The notes beneath the pieces were generated by a model. It saw only the letters and a list, made by a program, of their open reading frames with translations. It was not told the DNA's origin and searched no databases. A DNA stretch of 55,286 bases from a virus (Duplodnaviria > Caudoviricetes), in the IMG/VR virus record IMGVR_UViG_3300027896_000052, positions 1 through 55,286 of that record. One strand, written 5' to 3'. The number at the start of each line of letters is the position of its first letter. The stretch's first letter is position 1. A program made the position numbers and the translations under genes. This document shows, piece by piece, positions 27,089 through 36,227 of the stretch.

Positions 27089-28775
27089 GGCCTCCTATTT
27101 TGGATTTCTCGTCGGCCAGGATCCCATCGACCCGGGCCGCGAGTTCGTCGATCCGCGTTTCCTTCCCGACCGCTGCGGCGTTCGTCCCGGCATCCGCGAT
27201 CGGCACATAGGTGCTCAGGATATAATATTTGTCCCCTTCCTCCTCCGGCGGGAGCTTCTCGAGTCCGATCTCGACGGCGATGTTGTTCCTGTTCATGACC
27301 CCGATCCCGAAAAGCTTGACGCAGCGGTCGACGATGGCCGTCATGTCCCGGGTATCGACCTCGCCCCACCAGAATTCGTAGGTATCATTCTCGAGGCCGG
27401 CCTGGATGATCTTCTTCGTGATGATCTTGGCCGTCAGGAGCTTGATCGGGTTGACCGTGCTATCGATATAGATCCGGGTCGACTCGGAAGCCGTGCTCCC
27501 GCCAAGACTTCCCTGCTCGGCAATCCCGATCCGGTAGGGCGGCATGCAATAGCAGACCAGGATTTCGTCCCGCAGGTTCTTCGTGTAGAGCTTGAAATGC
27601 CCCTCCTTGATCTCGACGACGAGCGGCTCCCAGACCACGGTCCCGCCCTCCGGAGGGTTGAGCACGACCGTCTTGTGGGAGTTGTTCGAGCCCTTGATCT
27701 CGGCATCGATGAAGTTCGAGATGGCCGTGACCGAGTCGTCTTCCCATTCTCCGGTGATCGTGACCAGGGCGGCCGGGATCCCGTAGTTCTCGAAGAAGGC
27801 CAGGTTGTAATCCCGGATCCCGATCAGGCCCTTCACGGCGCCGACGGCGGAAAGGATCGGGGGCGCGCCGTACCAGCTTGACCGCGGGTAATAGATGCGC
27901 TTGAAGATCAGCTCATTTGCCTTATGGACTTCGTCGCCGGGCTTCAGCGCCTGGCCTGTCCGTTCATCGATATCGCCTTCGACCCCGAATTTCTTGAACC
28001 AGATCCGGTCCGTCCCCCGAATCTGGCAATACTTCTGGCCCTGGCGATGGACGCGGATCGTGTGGGCCGGGATATGGCTGACCATATCGATCCTGCCATC
28101 GGTATCGCGTCCGATCTCGAGAGTCAGCCAGCCGATCGCGTTGTAATCGATGACCGCGGCTTCGAAGATCTCCTCCAGGGTTTCGTCCTCCTCGTTCGGG
28201 TCCTCGAGGAATTCCAAAATGCGCTTCCGCTCGGGATCTACAGCCGGCTCGGCAGGCGGGGTAGGGGCATCCGCCGGCAGGCCATCCTTCCCAGGCGAGG
28301 GCTGGGTATCCTGTTCGGTCTGGTCCGCTTCGTCTTTGAGGTCGAGATCGAATCCCTGGCCGACGACGTCGCGCGCGATCTGCCTGACCGCCTTGTCGAA
28401 GAACGCGCAGTTCTCCATGATCGTCAAGAGCCCGGCGACTTCGAAGGGCAGCGGGACCAGGTCGTATTCCATCATGTACCGGGTGTCTTCCTTGAGCTGC
28501 TTCGATTCCGCCCGCCCGGCCTTCGTCGCCGCCTTCTGGATCGCACTTCGCTGCAGGGTCCCGATCGGGAAAAGACCACGGTCGGTTTTGATGAACGTGT
28601 AGGCCTTCCCCTTCCTGGGGCCTGGGGCCGGCTCGGCTCCCGCGGCTAGATCTCGAGGGGCGGCTATGTCCGCCTCGGCGGCTTCCTCTGCCAGGTCCTT
28701 CAGCGTTTTCGTTGGACCGCCAGCGATCCGCCCGGTTTCATTTCGGGATGAAAACCCGACCTTTCCTTTTCCCAT
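27036..28775 (-). CDS. Portal protein (PBSX/XkdE-like)
   Basis: 'HIPAHTIR', 'WYGAPP', 'YNLAFFENYGIP', 'RDEILVCYCMPPYRIG'. Confidence 0.9.
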   Translation of the reverse strand: MGKGKVGFSSRNETGRIAGGPTKTLKDLAEEAAEADIAAPRDLAAGAEPAPGPRKGKAYTFIKTDRGLFPIGTLQRSAIQKAATKAGRAESKQLKEDTRYMMEYDLVPLPFEVAGLLTIMENCAFFDKAVRQIARDVVGQGFDLDLKDEADQTEQDTQPSPGKDGLPADAPTPPAEPAVDPERKRILEFLEDPNEEDETLEEIFEAAVIDYNAIGWLTLEIGRDTDGRIDMVSHIPAHTIRVHRQGQKYCQIRGTDRIWFKKFGVEGDIDERTGQALKPGDEVHKANELIFKRIYYPRSSWYGAPPILSAVGAVKGLIGIRDYNLAFFENYGIPAALVTITGEWEDDSVTAISNFIDAEIKGSNNSHKTVVLNPPEGGTVVWEPLVVEIKEGHFKLYTKNLRDEILVCYCMPPYRIGIAEQGSLGGSTASESTRIYIDSTVNPIKLLTAKIITKKIIQAGLENDTYEFWWGEVDTRDMTAIVDRCVKLFGIGVMNRNNIAVEIGLEKLPPEEEGDKYYILSTYVPIADAGTNAAAVGKETRIDELAARVDGILADEKSKIGGHGANLDLHTAAAVDAGD

Positions 28776-30816
28776 ATTGTCCTCCGTTCGGGCCGGCTAC
28801 CGATCCGGTCCCGGAATTCGCGTCTACAGGCCCTACAACGGGCTTTTGACCGTCGGGGGGGCCTGGTACCCGGGGGGCCTGGGCTTCCCCTTGGCTTGCC
28901 CCGGTTCCCGGCGGCGGCGGCCGTAAAGGTTCGCCGTCTGTGACCCCCTCGGGGGGGGGCTGGGGTCCCTGACCCGGCTTAGGGGGCCAGATCTCGTTTA
29001 CCTGGGGGTCCGGCGGCTTCCCGGGCCCCTCATCGTTGCCATCAGCTCCCGGAGCTCGCCTGGCTTCGGCTGCCGCCCTTTGGATTGTGTGTTTCTCCGC
29101 GCTGGGGGCCTCGATCGCCGGGGGGCTGATAGGGGGGGCCGCCAGCTGGGATGTCGGGCTCAAATCCGATGCCGGATTGCTTGAAATCGGAGAAACGGTC
29201 TTTTTGTCAAACTGAACAGATGCTTGACCTCCCCCAATGATGGGCAGACCGCCCGTCGCCGCTATGATCCTTGCCGCCGTGGCCACGGGCTGCCCGGCGA
29301 GTCCTGCGATCGCCGCCATGACCGCCGGGTCGATACGGGCGTCGCCTCTCGAGGTGGCCGCCATGGCCTTCGTCGTTACGAAGACCTTGCCTTTCCGCGG
29401 CGCCGGCTTCATTTGCCACATCGCAAAATACCGGGTTTCGTCCATCGCATGGTCCCGCTCCTTGACCGGCTTGCCGTGGCGTTGGATGTAGCCCGCTTCC
29501 TCGGAGATCCAATGCCGGTTGACCTGGTTGATCCACATCGTCGGCGGCCCGATGACCGGACGCAGGGCTTTCCGGACCGCCTCGAGCCCGATGTCGACGT
29601 CGTTATCAGCTTCGGTCATGGGGATGAAGGCCCGCCATTCCGACATCAAGTCCGGCCGGCTGGGATCTCCGACCCCGCCTCGAATGTTCGGCCACCAGGC
29701 CTTCCCCTGAGCCGTTTTGATCAGATGGGGATTGTCGCCGGCTTGCTGGATCTCATCGACCCGGACCCAGCCGATATTGAAGAGCTGCCAGCAGCCAAGG
29801 CTGAAAGGATGGGTCCCGCCCCAGTCGATCGAGACCAGGGCATAGCGTCCGGGATCGAAGCCCGGGAGATCCCCGCGGCTATGAATCTTCGGGTCATATT
29901 GATCGCCGTAAACGAGGTTGCCTGGCCCGATCTTGCGACAGAGCCATTCGACCTGCAGGGCGCTTTCGCTCAGGTACTCGAGCTTGTCGATGAAGTCCTG
30001 GACGCGGTAGAAGCCATCCGCTTGCTTCATGTGCTTTCCCGGGCACCAGCTCGAGAGCTTGCAAGTCGAGCACGAATAATCGAGGCAGGGCTCGAGGCAT
30101 TCCCAAATACACCAGCGGTAGATCGAAGTCTGATGGATCCTGGCCTGCTCCAAGGCCTCATCCATCATGCCGCCCGAGCGGTGGTTCGTCGAATACTGAC
30201 CCAGGCGGGCGAAGATCCCATGCTTCGATTGCGGCTGCGAAAGGGCCGCCCTATATACTTCAGCCGGCATCTCGTCAATTTCGTCCATGATGAGGTGCTG
30301 AGGATGCGGGCCGCGCGTCGATCGCGTGGAGGCCGTCAGGACGGCGACCGTGCTGCCGTTCCGCCAACTCGAGAGGCGCCGCGTCGGCTCCATCTTCAGG
30401 TATTCGTCCTGCAGGGTCGTCAGGGTCCAGATGTCTTCCATGGCCTTGTAGACTTTCTCCGATTGGTCGAGGGATCCGCCGAGGATCGTCGTTTCGAGTC
30501 GATGATTGAAACTCGAAAGGACCCAGGCGATCAGCCCGGCGAGGTAGCTCTTGCTGCCGCTACGATTTGCCCACACGAGGTAATTCAGAATCCTGCCGAT
30601 CAGGACGTCGACCAGGAAATCGAAGGGGGCGCTGTGGTCCGCCTCGAGGCAGTTGTGTCTGGTTCCGACCCGCGGCTCCCGGAGCCAGCCGAGCAGGTTC
30701 TGGACGTCAGCCTTGGTTCTCAGACCCGTCTGTCTTAGGTTCTCGAGGGCTGCCCGCTGGATCGACGGGGCAAACTGGGACGACCAGAATTTCTGGATTT
30801 CTTCCGCCGTCGCCAT
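28738..30816 (-). CDS. terL: Terminase large subunit with a long Pro/Ala/Gly-rich C-terminal extension
   Basis: Walker A 'ANRSGSKS', Walker B 'LIMDEID', nuclease 'SIDWG' and 'DHAMDETRY'. Confidence 0.9.
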   Translation of the reverse strand: MATAEEIQKFWSSQFAPSIQRAALENLRQTGLRTKADVQNLLGWLREPRVGTRHNCLEADHSAPFDFLVDVLIGRILNYLVWANRSGSKSYLAGLIAWVLSSFNHRLETTILGGSLDQSEKVYKAMEDIWTLTTLQDEYLKMEPTRRLSSWRNGSTVAVLTASTRSTRGPHPQHLIMDEIDEMPAEVYRAALSQPQSKHGIFARLGQYSTNHRSGGMMDEALEQARIHQTSIYRWCIWECLEPCLDYSCSTCKLSSWCPGKHMKQADGFYRVQDFIDKLEYLSESALQVEWLCRKIGPGNLVYGDQYDPKIHSRGDLPGFDPGRYALVSIDWGGTHPFSLGCWQLFNIGWVRVDEIQQAGDNPHLIKTAQGKAWWPNIRGGVGDPSRPDLMSEWRAFIPMTEADNDVDIGLEAVRKALRPVIGPPTMWINQVNRHWISEEAGYIQRHGKPVKERDHAMDETRYFAMWQMKPAPRKGKVFVTTKAMAATSRGDARIDPAVMAAIAGLAGQPVATAARIIAATGGLPIIGGGQASVQFDKKTVSPISSNPASDLSPTSQLAAPPISPPAIEAPSAEKHTIQRAAAEARRAPGADGNDEGPGKPPDPQVNEIWPPKPGQGPQPPPEGVTDGEPLRPPPPGTGASQGEAQAPRVPGPPDGQKPVVGPVDANSGTGSVAGPNGGQYGKRKGRVFIPK
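28811..28908. repeat. Dispersed ~98-bp element, copy in the 3' end of terL
   Basis: 29/41 and 25/33 identity in its two arms to 11076-11173, with equal spacing. Confidence 0.65.
29192..29215 (-). repeat. 24-bp exact repeat containing TTGACA, copy 2
   Basis: Identical to 24291-24314. Confidence 0.9.
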
Positions 30817-31840
30817 TGCCGTTGCCGTTCCCTGGGGCTGCGGTCGAAGGGGCTCCGCCGGCGGCCGGCAAGAATCCCCGAAGACGGGCGATGAGTTCCC
30901 TTGGGTTTGGGGTACCGAATTCATGCATAAACTCCGCCATCTGTTCATTCAGGGTCATCCGAAGATCCCGGATTTCGACCCGCTTTGGGATCTGTTCTAT
31001 GAATCCCAAATTGACCAGCTCCTCCCTGTATTCGCGCTCGATGTCCCAATAGGCTTCGTAGTCCTTCTCGGCCAGGGCCATCTCCTGGGCGGTCTGTTTT
31101 ACGAAAACGAGATCCGCGAAAACATTCTGGGTATTCAAGTCCGGGATCAGGACCGCGGCATCCTCCCGGATCAGTCGCTGCCTCTTTGATCGAATTTCCT
31201 TCGGGGTCCGTTCAAGAAGATCCGCAATCGCTCCTACCGTGATATCCGGCTGCCTGGCCGTGAAGTAGACGATGATGGCGTCGACCTGGTGACGGGTCAG
31301 GACTCGGGGATCGATCCCGGCCGGCCGCTGGGGCTGCTTCGTCTCCCGGGCTTCCCGTTCGGCCGCCTTGAATGCCTGGACCTTGGAGATCAAGGTCCGG
31401 ATGCGATCGAGGCTTGACTTCGGGGGGGTTTGACCGACGGCGAGCCGTGCCTCCCCCCGCTCCCGGCGAGCCCGACGCATCCTTCGGAGCTGGAGGGCCC
31501 GCTTAAAGGCCTCGGGTCCTCCTTTGAAATTCTCTATGCCAACCGTACTGGGGCCGCCTTCCAGGGTTAATCTTCCCAGGGTTTGGATTCGGGAGAGCGT
31601 CGATGCCGAAAACTCCGGGAGAAGAAGGGGTAGGGGGTCGCTACTCACGACGCCGAGGGTGCTTTTGGCACCTGCTTCTGTCGAAGCGATTTCAGCCGTG
31701 GCTTTCGCGGCCCCCTCCACAAGGGGTTTCGAATTTATGGGGTGGAGAAGGGAACCGGCTGGAACATCGTTGCCGCCTAGGACGGCAGCCCCCATGGAAG
31801 CCCGAGAGGTACCGGCCCCTTCCCCTTCTTTAATGGTCAT
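30707..31840 (-). CDS. Probable terminase small subunit (HTH)
   Basis: Immediately upstream of terL; 'ITVGAIADLLERT' HTH-like segment. Confidence 0.55.
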   Translation of the reverse strand: MTIKEGEGAGTSRASMGAAVLGGNDVPAGSLLHPINSKPLVEGAAKATAEIASTEAGAKSTLGVVSSDPLPLLLPEFSASTLSRIQTLGRLTLEGGPSTVGIENFKGGPEAFKRALQLRRMRRARRERGEARLAVGQTPPKSSLDRIRTLISKVQAFKAAEREARETKQPQRPAGIDPRVLTRHQVDAIIVYFTARQPDITVGAIADLLERTPKEIRSKRQRLIREDAAVLIPDLNTQNVFADLVFVKQTAQEMALAEKDYEAYWDIEREYREELVNLGFIEQIPKRVEIRDLRMTLNEQMAEFMHEFGTPNPRELIARLRGFLPAAGGAPSTAAPGNGNGNGDGGRNPEILVVPVCPVDPAGSPREPKTDGSENQG

Positions 31841-32160
31841 GACTTATATGCTATCTCGAAAAGCCCGAGCTGGCCTTTGACCGCGAAGGGTTTGACCAGC
31901 CGGATGTTCCGAAGGACCCAGGCTTTCGCTCTGGGGTAAACAGGACATCCTGCCGCCATTTGGTCGCTGGCCAGCATGGGTCGACAATCTACGAGATCCG
32001 CTATGCATAATGCCTGGCCGGCCTCTGGGCTGGCTGGTCTCTTCGCGCAAACGAAAAGGATCGGTCCTCGATATCTCGTAGACCATTTTCGCGTCTCGAT
32101 CGTTTTCTCGCCGTCCCGGATCATCTGTCCCCAGGGCGGTGTCATCGAAAGAGCCTTCAT
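31837..32160 (-). CDS. ASCH domain protein
   Basis: 'KALSM..PW...I..GEKTIETRKWST.YRG...VKGQLGLF'. Confidence 0.9.
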   Translation of the reverse strand: MKALSMTPPWGQMIRDGEKTIETRKWSTRYRGPILFVCAKRPASPEAGQALCIADLVDCRPMLASDQMAAGCPVYPRAKAWVLRNIRLVKPFAVKGQLGLFEIAYKS

Positions 32161-32774
32161 CTCTGCCCAGCCTTCCAGGCGTACTGGCCTGGGAATCCGC
32201 CGGCTACGGGTACGGCTGTCGCAGGGAAATCTCCTGCTTCAGGCGACGGGTTGGCGTCCCGCTTCGCGGCCACGATCTCCTTGGACGGGCATGTCTGTGT
32301 CTCGCGCGCGGCTATGACGACGGCCCTATTTTTCGAATCATAGACATAGTGTTTCACGCTGACGCCCGGACCATGGCCATCGAGCCGACGAAGAGCGGAG
32401 ACGAGGAGACCCATTTCTGCCCTATGATCCTTGGGGACGTACTTGGCTTCGGAGATTTTATAAATCCTTTCACCATGGAGCTCCAGCAATCCCCATCCGG
32501 CTGGGAGTTCTTCCCGGCGGATAAGTCCCGGGGGCGTGAAATAATACCTGGCGTCTCCCATCCCGGATTCGGGAGAGCGGCGGAAGTACTTTTTTAGATC
32601 TGCCAGGAAATCGGATCGCGTGGTCTTGCATTCGATGAGCGTCGAGTACCTCGAGAAACCGATGGCGTCCGCCTGTTCTCCGATCGAGGCCATCTCGGAA
32701 ATCACGACGCCGTGTTCCCGGAGGAGCCAGGCTCGGGCCTTCTTGACCAGCTTTTCGTGAGTAATCTGGATCAT
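32157..32774 (-). CDS. MmcB-like PD-(D/E)xK nuclease
   Basis: 'ADAIG...LIECKTTRSDFLAD...YYFTP..ELP.GWGL'. Confidence 0.7.
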   Translation of the reverse strand: MIQITHEKLVKKARAWLLREHGVVISEMASIGEQADAIGFSRYSTLIECKTTRSDFLADLKKYFRRSPESGMGDARYYFTPPGLIRREELPAGWGLLELHGERIYKISEAKYVPKDHRAEMGLLVSALRRLDGHGPGVSVKHYVYDSKNRAVVIAARETQTCPSKEIVAAKRDANPSPEAGDFPATAVPVAGGFPGQYAWKAGQR

Positions 32775-33082
32775 GCGGGCGCCTCGAATGCGAAGCCGCA
32801 GTCTTTGAAGACAAGATCCTGGGGGAAAATGGGGAACCGCTGGCAGATCTCGCCTTTTGTCTCCTGAATGGTACAGACGGCGAGCCCGGTCTCGGGATCC
32901 CAAGCGAGGCGGGGGCAGGGCCCCTCCCCTTCTTTCTTTTCCCGCGCCTTCGGATCCTCCGGAATCTGGAGGCTTTCCATGTCCGGGACGTCCGGGAGGA
33001 TCATCTTCGCCTCGTATGCGAATCGCCAGGGCTCGACACAGCACATCCCGCAGCGGTTGCAGGCTCCCGTCCTCTGACTCAT
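32771..33082 (-). CDS. YkgJ-family CxxCxxCC cluster protein
   Basis: CNRCGMCC...CPRL...CTI...ICQRFP. Confidence 0.75.
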   Translation of the reverse strand: MSQRTGACNRCGMCCVEPWRFAYEAKMILPDVPDMESLQIPEDPKAREKKEGEGPCPRLAWDPETGLAVCTIQETKGEICQRFPIFPQDLVFKDCGFAFEAPA

Positions 33083-33278
33083 CGTCCCCTTCCTCTCCCG
33101 GGCCCGGTCAAGTTTCGAGCTCGCATGAGGCCCGGCGGCGTCTTCGCCAGGGGCTTGCCCCCTGCCTTCCGTCTGTCCCATGGCTTGTCGAAGGGTTTAT
33201 CCGGAAGGGATTCCAAGGCGTCCGCCATTTCGTCGACGGCTGCCGCAGCGAGGGCCGCGATGGCGACGGCCTGGGTGT

Positions 33279-33536
33279 TCATCTGGTCCCCGGCTTCTTC
33301 CAGGGAGATTCGGCCTCGATGCAGACGGGGGGCTGGGTAAAATTCCGGCTCAATACCCTGAGCCAGATCCGGCGGGTGAAAATGACCGCCAGAACATCCC
33401 TCCACGTCAGCCGCCAGCAGGATATGCATTGCCCCCTTTGGGTCCGATAAACCGGGAGCGGGACGCATTCGTCATCCGTCATGCCCTGAGGCTTCTGCAG
33501 CGTCGCATTCGATTCCGAGAAGGCCACGGGCTTCAT
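33279..33536 (-). CDS. Hypothetical phage protein
   Basis: ATGA coupling; 'CISCWRLTWRD...QPPV'. Confidence 0.6.
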   Translation of the reverse strand: MKPVAFSESNATLQKPQGMTDDECVPLPVYRTQRGQCISCWRLTWRDVLAVIFTRRIWLRVLSRNFTQPPVCIEAESPWKKPGTR

Positions 33537-33866
33537 GTCTTCACCTCGAATCCCTGAGCCTTGAGAAAATCGATTATGGCCAATTCAAGGCTCCATCCTG
33601 CCTGGTTGGCTGCCAGCCGGACGGTTCGAGGTAGGGTACTTATGAATTCCGCGATCTTCGCCCGCTCGATTGTCGGTTTCATCTCCGTCCTCGTTTCTTG
33701 GGGATCGTGAGCTTCGGCTTGGGAAAGTGGAGCGTCAGCTTTTTGGTATTCGGGTCGCTCGCCAATGCGACGGCCGCCAACATCATGGTGGTCGCGCTGT
33801 CGAATTCCCGCCGCTCCTTTGTGCCATCAAATCGTTCGATATCCATGGGGGCCTCCTTATTTCCTG

Positions 33867-34212
33867 GAATAGGCCATAAGCCAGGAAAATTCAGATATCG
33901 ATCCTTTCGGTCAGGTTCCGGATGGCGATCCTCTGACCTTTGATGATCCCCGCGATCTTGAAAAGCTCTGAGGCGACGGCCGAGCATCCGGGAGGGACCT
34001 CATCCAGGGCCCTTGCCTTGGTAGATTCCTCGGGACCGGACAGCGGGCCGAGTTTCACTTTTAAGGCCTCGATCGCTTCCTCGTTGTGCTTCAGGCTCTC
34101 TTGGATGGCCGAGAGGCCGTTCCCGATTTCCTTGGGTCCGTCCGCTTTTTTTGATCCCATTTATTCCATCGGTTTTCTCCTTTATCCTTTTTCTCTGGCT
34201 TATGGCCTATTC
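33867..34212. repeat. Perfect 18-bp inverted repeat (33867-33884 / 34195-34212) bracketing one gene
   Basis: GAATAGGCCATAAGCCAG ... CTGGCTTATGGCCTATTC. Confidence 0.9.
33891..34160 (-). CDS. 89-aa coiled-coil hypothetical protein
   Basis: ORF with upstream AAGGAG; two amphipathic helices. Confidence 0.65.
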   Translation of the reverse strand: MGSKKADGPKEIGNGLSAIQESLKHNEEAIEALKVKLGPLSGPEESTKARALDEVPPGCSAVASELFKIAGIIKGQRIAIRNLTERIDI

Positions 34213-34768
34213 AGAATTCCCATCCGCATTTGGGACATTTGTGCGGCTTTTTCCGGGCTTTGAATTCCACGTTTTCCTCTTCCTGACCATCCGCGGGCGG
34301 CCCGAAATGTCCAAGGACGTCTTTAAGCGTAATGGGTTTGGCGAGCTCGATCGTGAAATTCTCCAAAACGATTTGATCCCTTATGGGATAAACGAGCTCG
34401 GCTAACTTTTCCTCGATATAGATGCCTGATCGCTGGTTATCGAGCAGGGCGAGCTCGAGGCGCTCGGCTTCGCTATGAGGAAAATTCAGCGAGATCCAAA
34501 CGGGGACTTCCGGTCCGTATTGGAGGATCGATTTCATGGCATGCCAGCGCATATTTCCGCCGCCAGTCACGTACCGCCCGGTGTCCTCTTGCGGGTAGTC
34601 CTCGTAGCTGGCGCCGGCCGGCCAGCAGGTCAGGACCTGAAACTGCCCTTTCTTGGATATGCTGTCGGCTAAGAGCTCGAGCTCCTCGTTTTCAATATTT
34701 CGGGGATTTTTCTGCCACGGCTCGATGACGCCAAAAACTACTTTTTTGAATTCAGGCTGCTTGAGCAT
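34211..34768 (-). CDS. ParB/Srx N-terminal domain protein
   Basis: 'KNPRNI...LADSI..KG', 'GGNMRWHA', 'ALLDN', terminal CPKCG.EF. Confidence 0.8.
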   Translation of the reverse strand: MLKQPEFKKVVFGVIEPWQKNPRNIENEELELLADSISKKGQFQVLTCWPAGASYEDYPQEDTGRYVTGGGNMRWHAMKSILQYGPEVPVWISLNFPHSEAERLELALLDNQRSGIYIEEKLAELVYPIRDQIVLENFTIELAKPITLKDVLGHFGPPADGQEEENVEFKARKKPHKCPKCGWEF

Positions 34769-34783
34769 GGGGCATTGTTTCGA

Positions 34784-35164
34784 TCATCGCGGAAACTTCC
34801 GCCTTTCCATCGTTTCGGCGATTTCTTTCACGGAGGCTTGGGCCGACGTCGCTTTTTCCCGGGTTACTGCAGCATCGACTTTGACCGCTTCAAGGCCTTG
34901 GAAGATCCTGTTGAAACAGTCCCGATCCTCCTGATGGGCGGTCGACATGTCCGTCCAGAGCCGCTCCGATGCTCCCTCGATCTTGCCGACCCGCTCGACC
35001 AGATCTGTATGAAGCGGGCAAGGCAGCCGACCGTTCCCGTTTCCCGGCTTCGTTTGGGACAGGTCATTGGCTACCTTTTTTTGATCATGGAATAGTTTTG
35101 CCCAGGCTACCATATTTCCCGCGACCGCGACGACCGCCGTGACTTCCCCCGCTGAAAGGGCCAT
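34784..35164 (-). CDS. Membrane-anchored lysis-module protein
   Basis: N-terminal hydrophobic segment plus coiled coil; follows the lysis genes. Confidence 0.45.
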   Translation of the reverse strand: MALSAGEVTAVVAVAGNMVAWAKLFHDQKKVANDLSQTKPGNGNGRLPCPLHTDLVERVGKIEGASERLWTDMSTAHQEDRDCFNRIFQGLEAVKVDAAVTREKATSAQASVKEIAETMERRKFPR

Positions 35165-35179
35165 TGCTTGTCCGTCCCT

Positions 35180-35932
35180 TCAGATGCTGAGGGAGAAGGA
35201 AAGGCTCAGGCCCGTCCTCTGCTTCTCAGCTCCGGTTTTGGCCGCGGATGCCGCTGGGGTTTTCTTGAAAAATAGCTCATAACCGGCCAGGGCCGCGAGC
35301 CCGACGACCACGACCGTTTTAATCCCGCCGCCGATCTTCAGGCTCGTTATCTGTTTTCCCTCTTTGGCGGCCAGGGCCTCGGCGATCGTCCGCCGCTGGA
35401 CCTCCTTGTCGTAATCGGCTTTGAGGCCGGCGTTGATCACATCCTTGTTTTTATCGATGATCACCTGGGCATCGAATTTTTCGTGCCAGGCGTCGCGTTG
35501 CTTCTGGTCTTCTGCCCGGCCGGCCTGTTCCAGGCTCAGGCTGATATGGAGGGCGGCGATCGTCGCGTCCTGGTTTTTGATAATCGCATCCTTGTCCGTC
35601 AAGTTCTTCCGCTCCGCCTCGAGGTCCGCCGTCGCCTTGTTTTTTGCGGCGATCGCGGCATCGATTTTCCCTTCAGCTCCGGTGGAGGCGGCGATGATCT
35701 TATCCTGGGCCGCGAGCTTCTTCGCCTGTTCGGCGATCGTCTTGGCCGCAGCTTCATCGGCCGCTTTGTGGGCATCCTTCTCGGCCTTCTGATCGATCTT
35801 GATCTGGGCGAGTTGGCCCTTCAGGTTATCGATCTGTGAGCTCCGGCAGCTCCGCTGAAGCAAAAAAAAGGCCGCGAGCAGGATAGCCGCGGCGATGCCG
35901 ATCCATTTCCATTCTTTGCTACTTATGGTCAT
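35180..35932 (-). CDS. Spanin-like protein (TM, long coiled coil, TM)
   Basis: Two hydrophobic segments flanking ~170 aa of coiled coil; downstream of endolysin and holin. Confidence 0.55.
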   Translation of the reverse strand: MTISSKEWKWIGIAAAILLAAFFLLQRSCRSSQIDNLKGQLAQIKIDQKAEKDAHKAADEAAAKTIAEQAKKLAAQDKIIAASTGAEGKIDAAIAAKNKATADLEAERKNLTDKDAIIKNQDATIAALHISLSLEQAGRAEDQKQRDAWHEKFDAQVIIDKNKDVINAGLKADYDKEVQRRTIAEALAAKEGKQITSLKIGGGIKTVVVVGLAALAGYELFFKKTPAASAAKTGAEKQRTGLSLSFSLSI

Positions 35933-36209
35933 CTTGCGTCTCCTCCCCGCTTTTCTTCGGTTGGAATATCCCGGTGATCCCCTGGACGCCGCGGACGGCC
36001 AGCAGGGCGATAGCCATGTCCCGGACCGCCTTGATGGCGTTGATCACGACGTCGGGAGTCAGGGCCTGGGCCGCCCGGGCCGCCGCGATCAGGATGAAGA
36101 TTGCCCCCGCTGCGAAGACGAAGGCGACGAGCTTCTGGCTCGTCATCTTGTAGAGCAGACGGATCGAGCAGTCCTTCGGCCCCCATTTGATTTCTTTTTT
36201 TTCTGGCAT
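35919..36209 (-). CDS. Putative holin
   Basis: 96 aa, 1-2 TM segments, charged C-tail, adjacent to the endolysin. Confidence 0.6.
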   Translation of the reverse strand: MPEKKEIKWGPKDCSIRLLYKMTSQKLVAFVFAAGAIFILIAAARAAQALTPDVVINAIKAVRDMAIALLAVRGVQGITGIFQPKKSGEETQDDHK

Positions 36210-36227
36210 GGTTGCCTCCTCGCCTTT

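Noticed and set aside
29224-30738. Long + strand ORFs (e.g. 504 aa here, also 20649-21824, 44716-45723, 49448-50551)
   Set aside because: Antisense shadows of high-GC3 - strand genes, with no motifs or RBS
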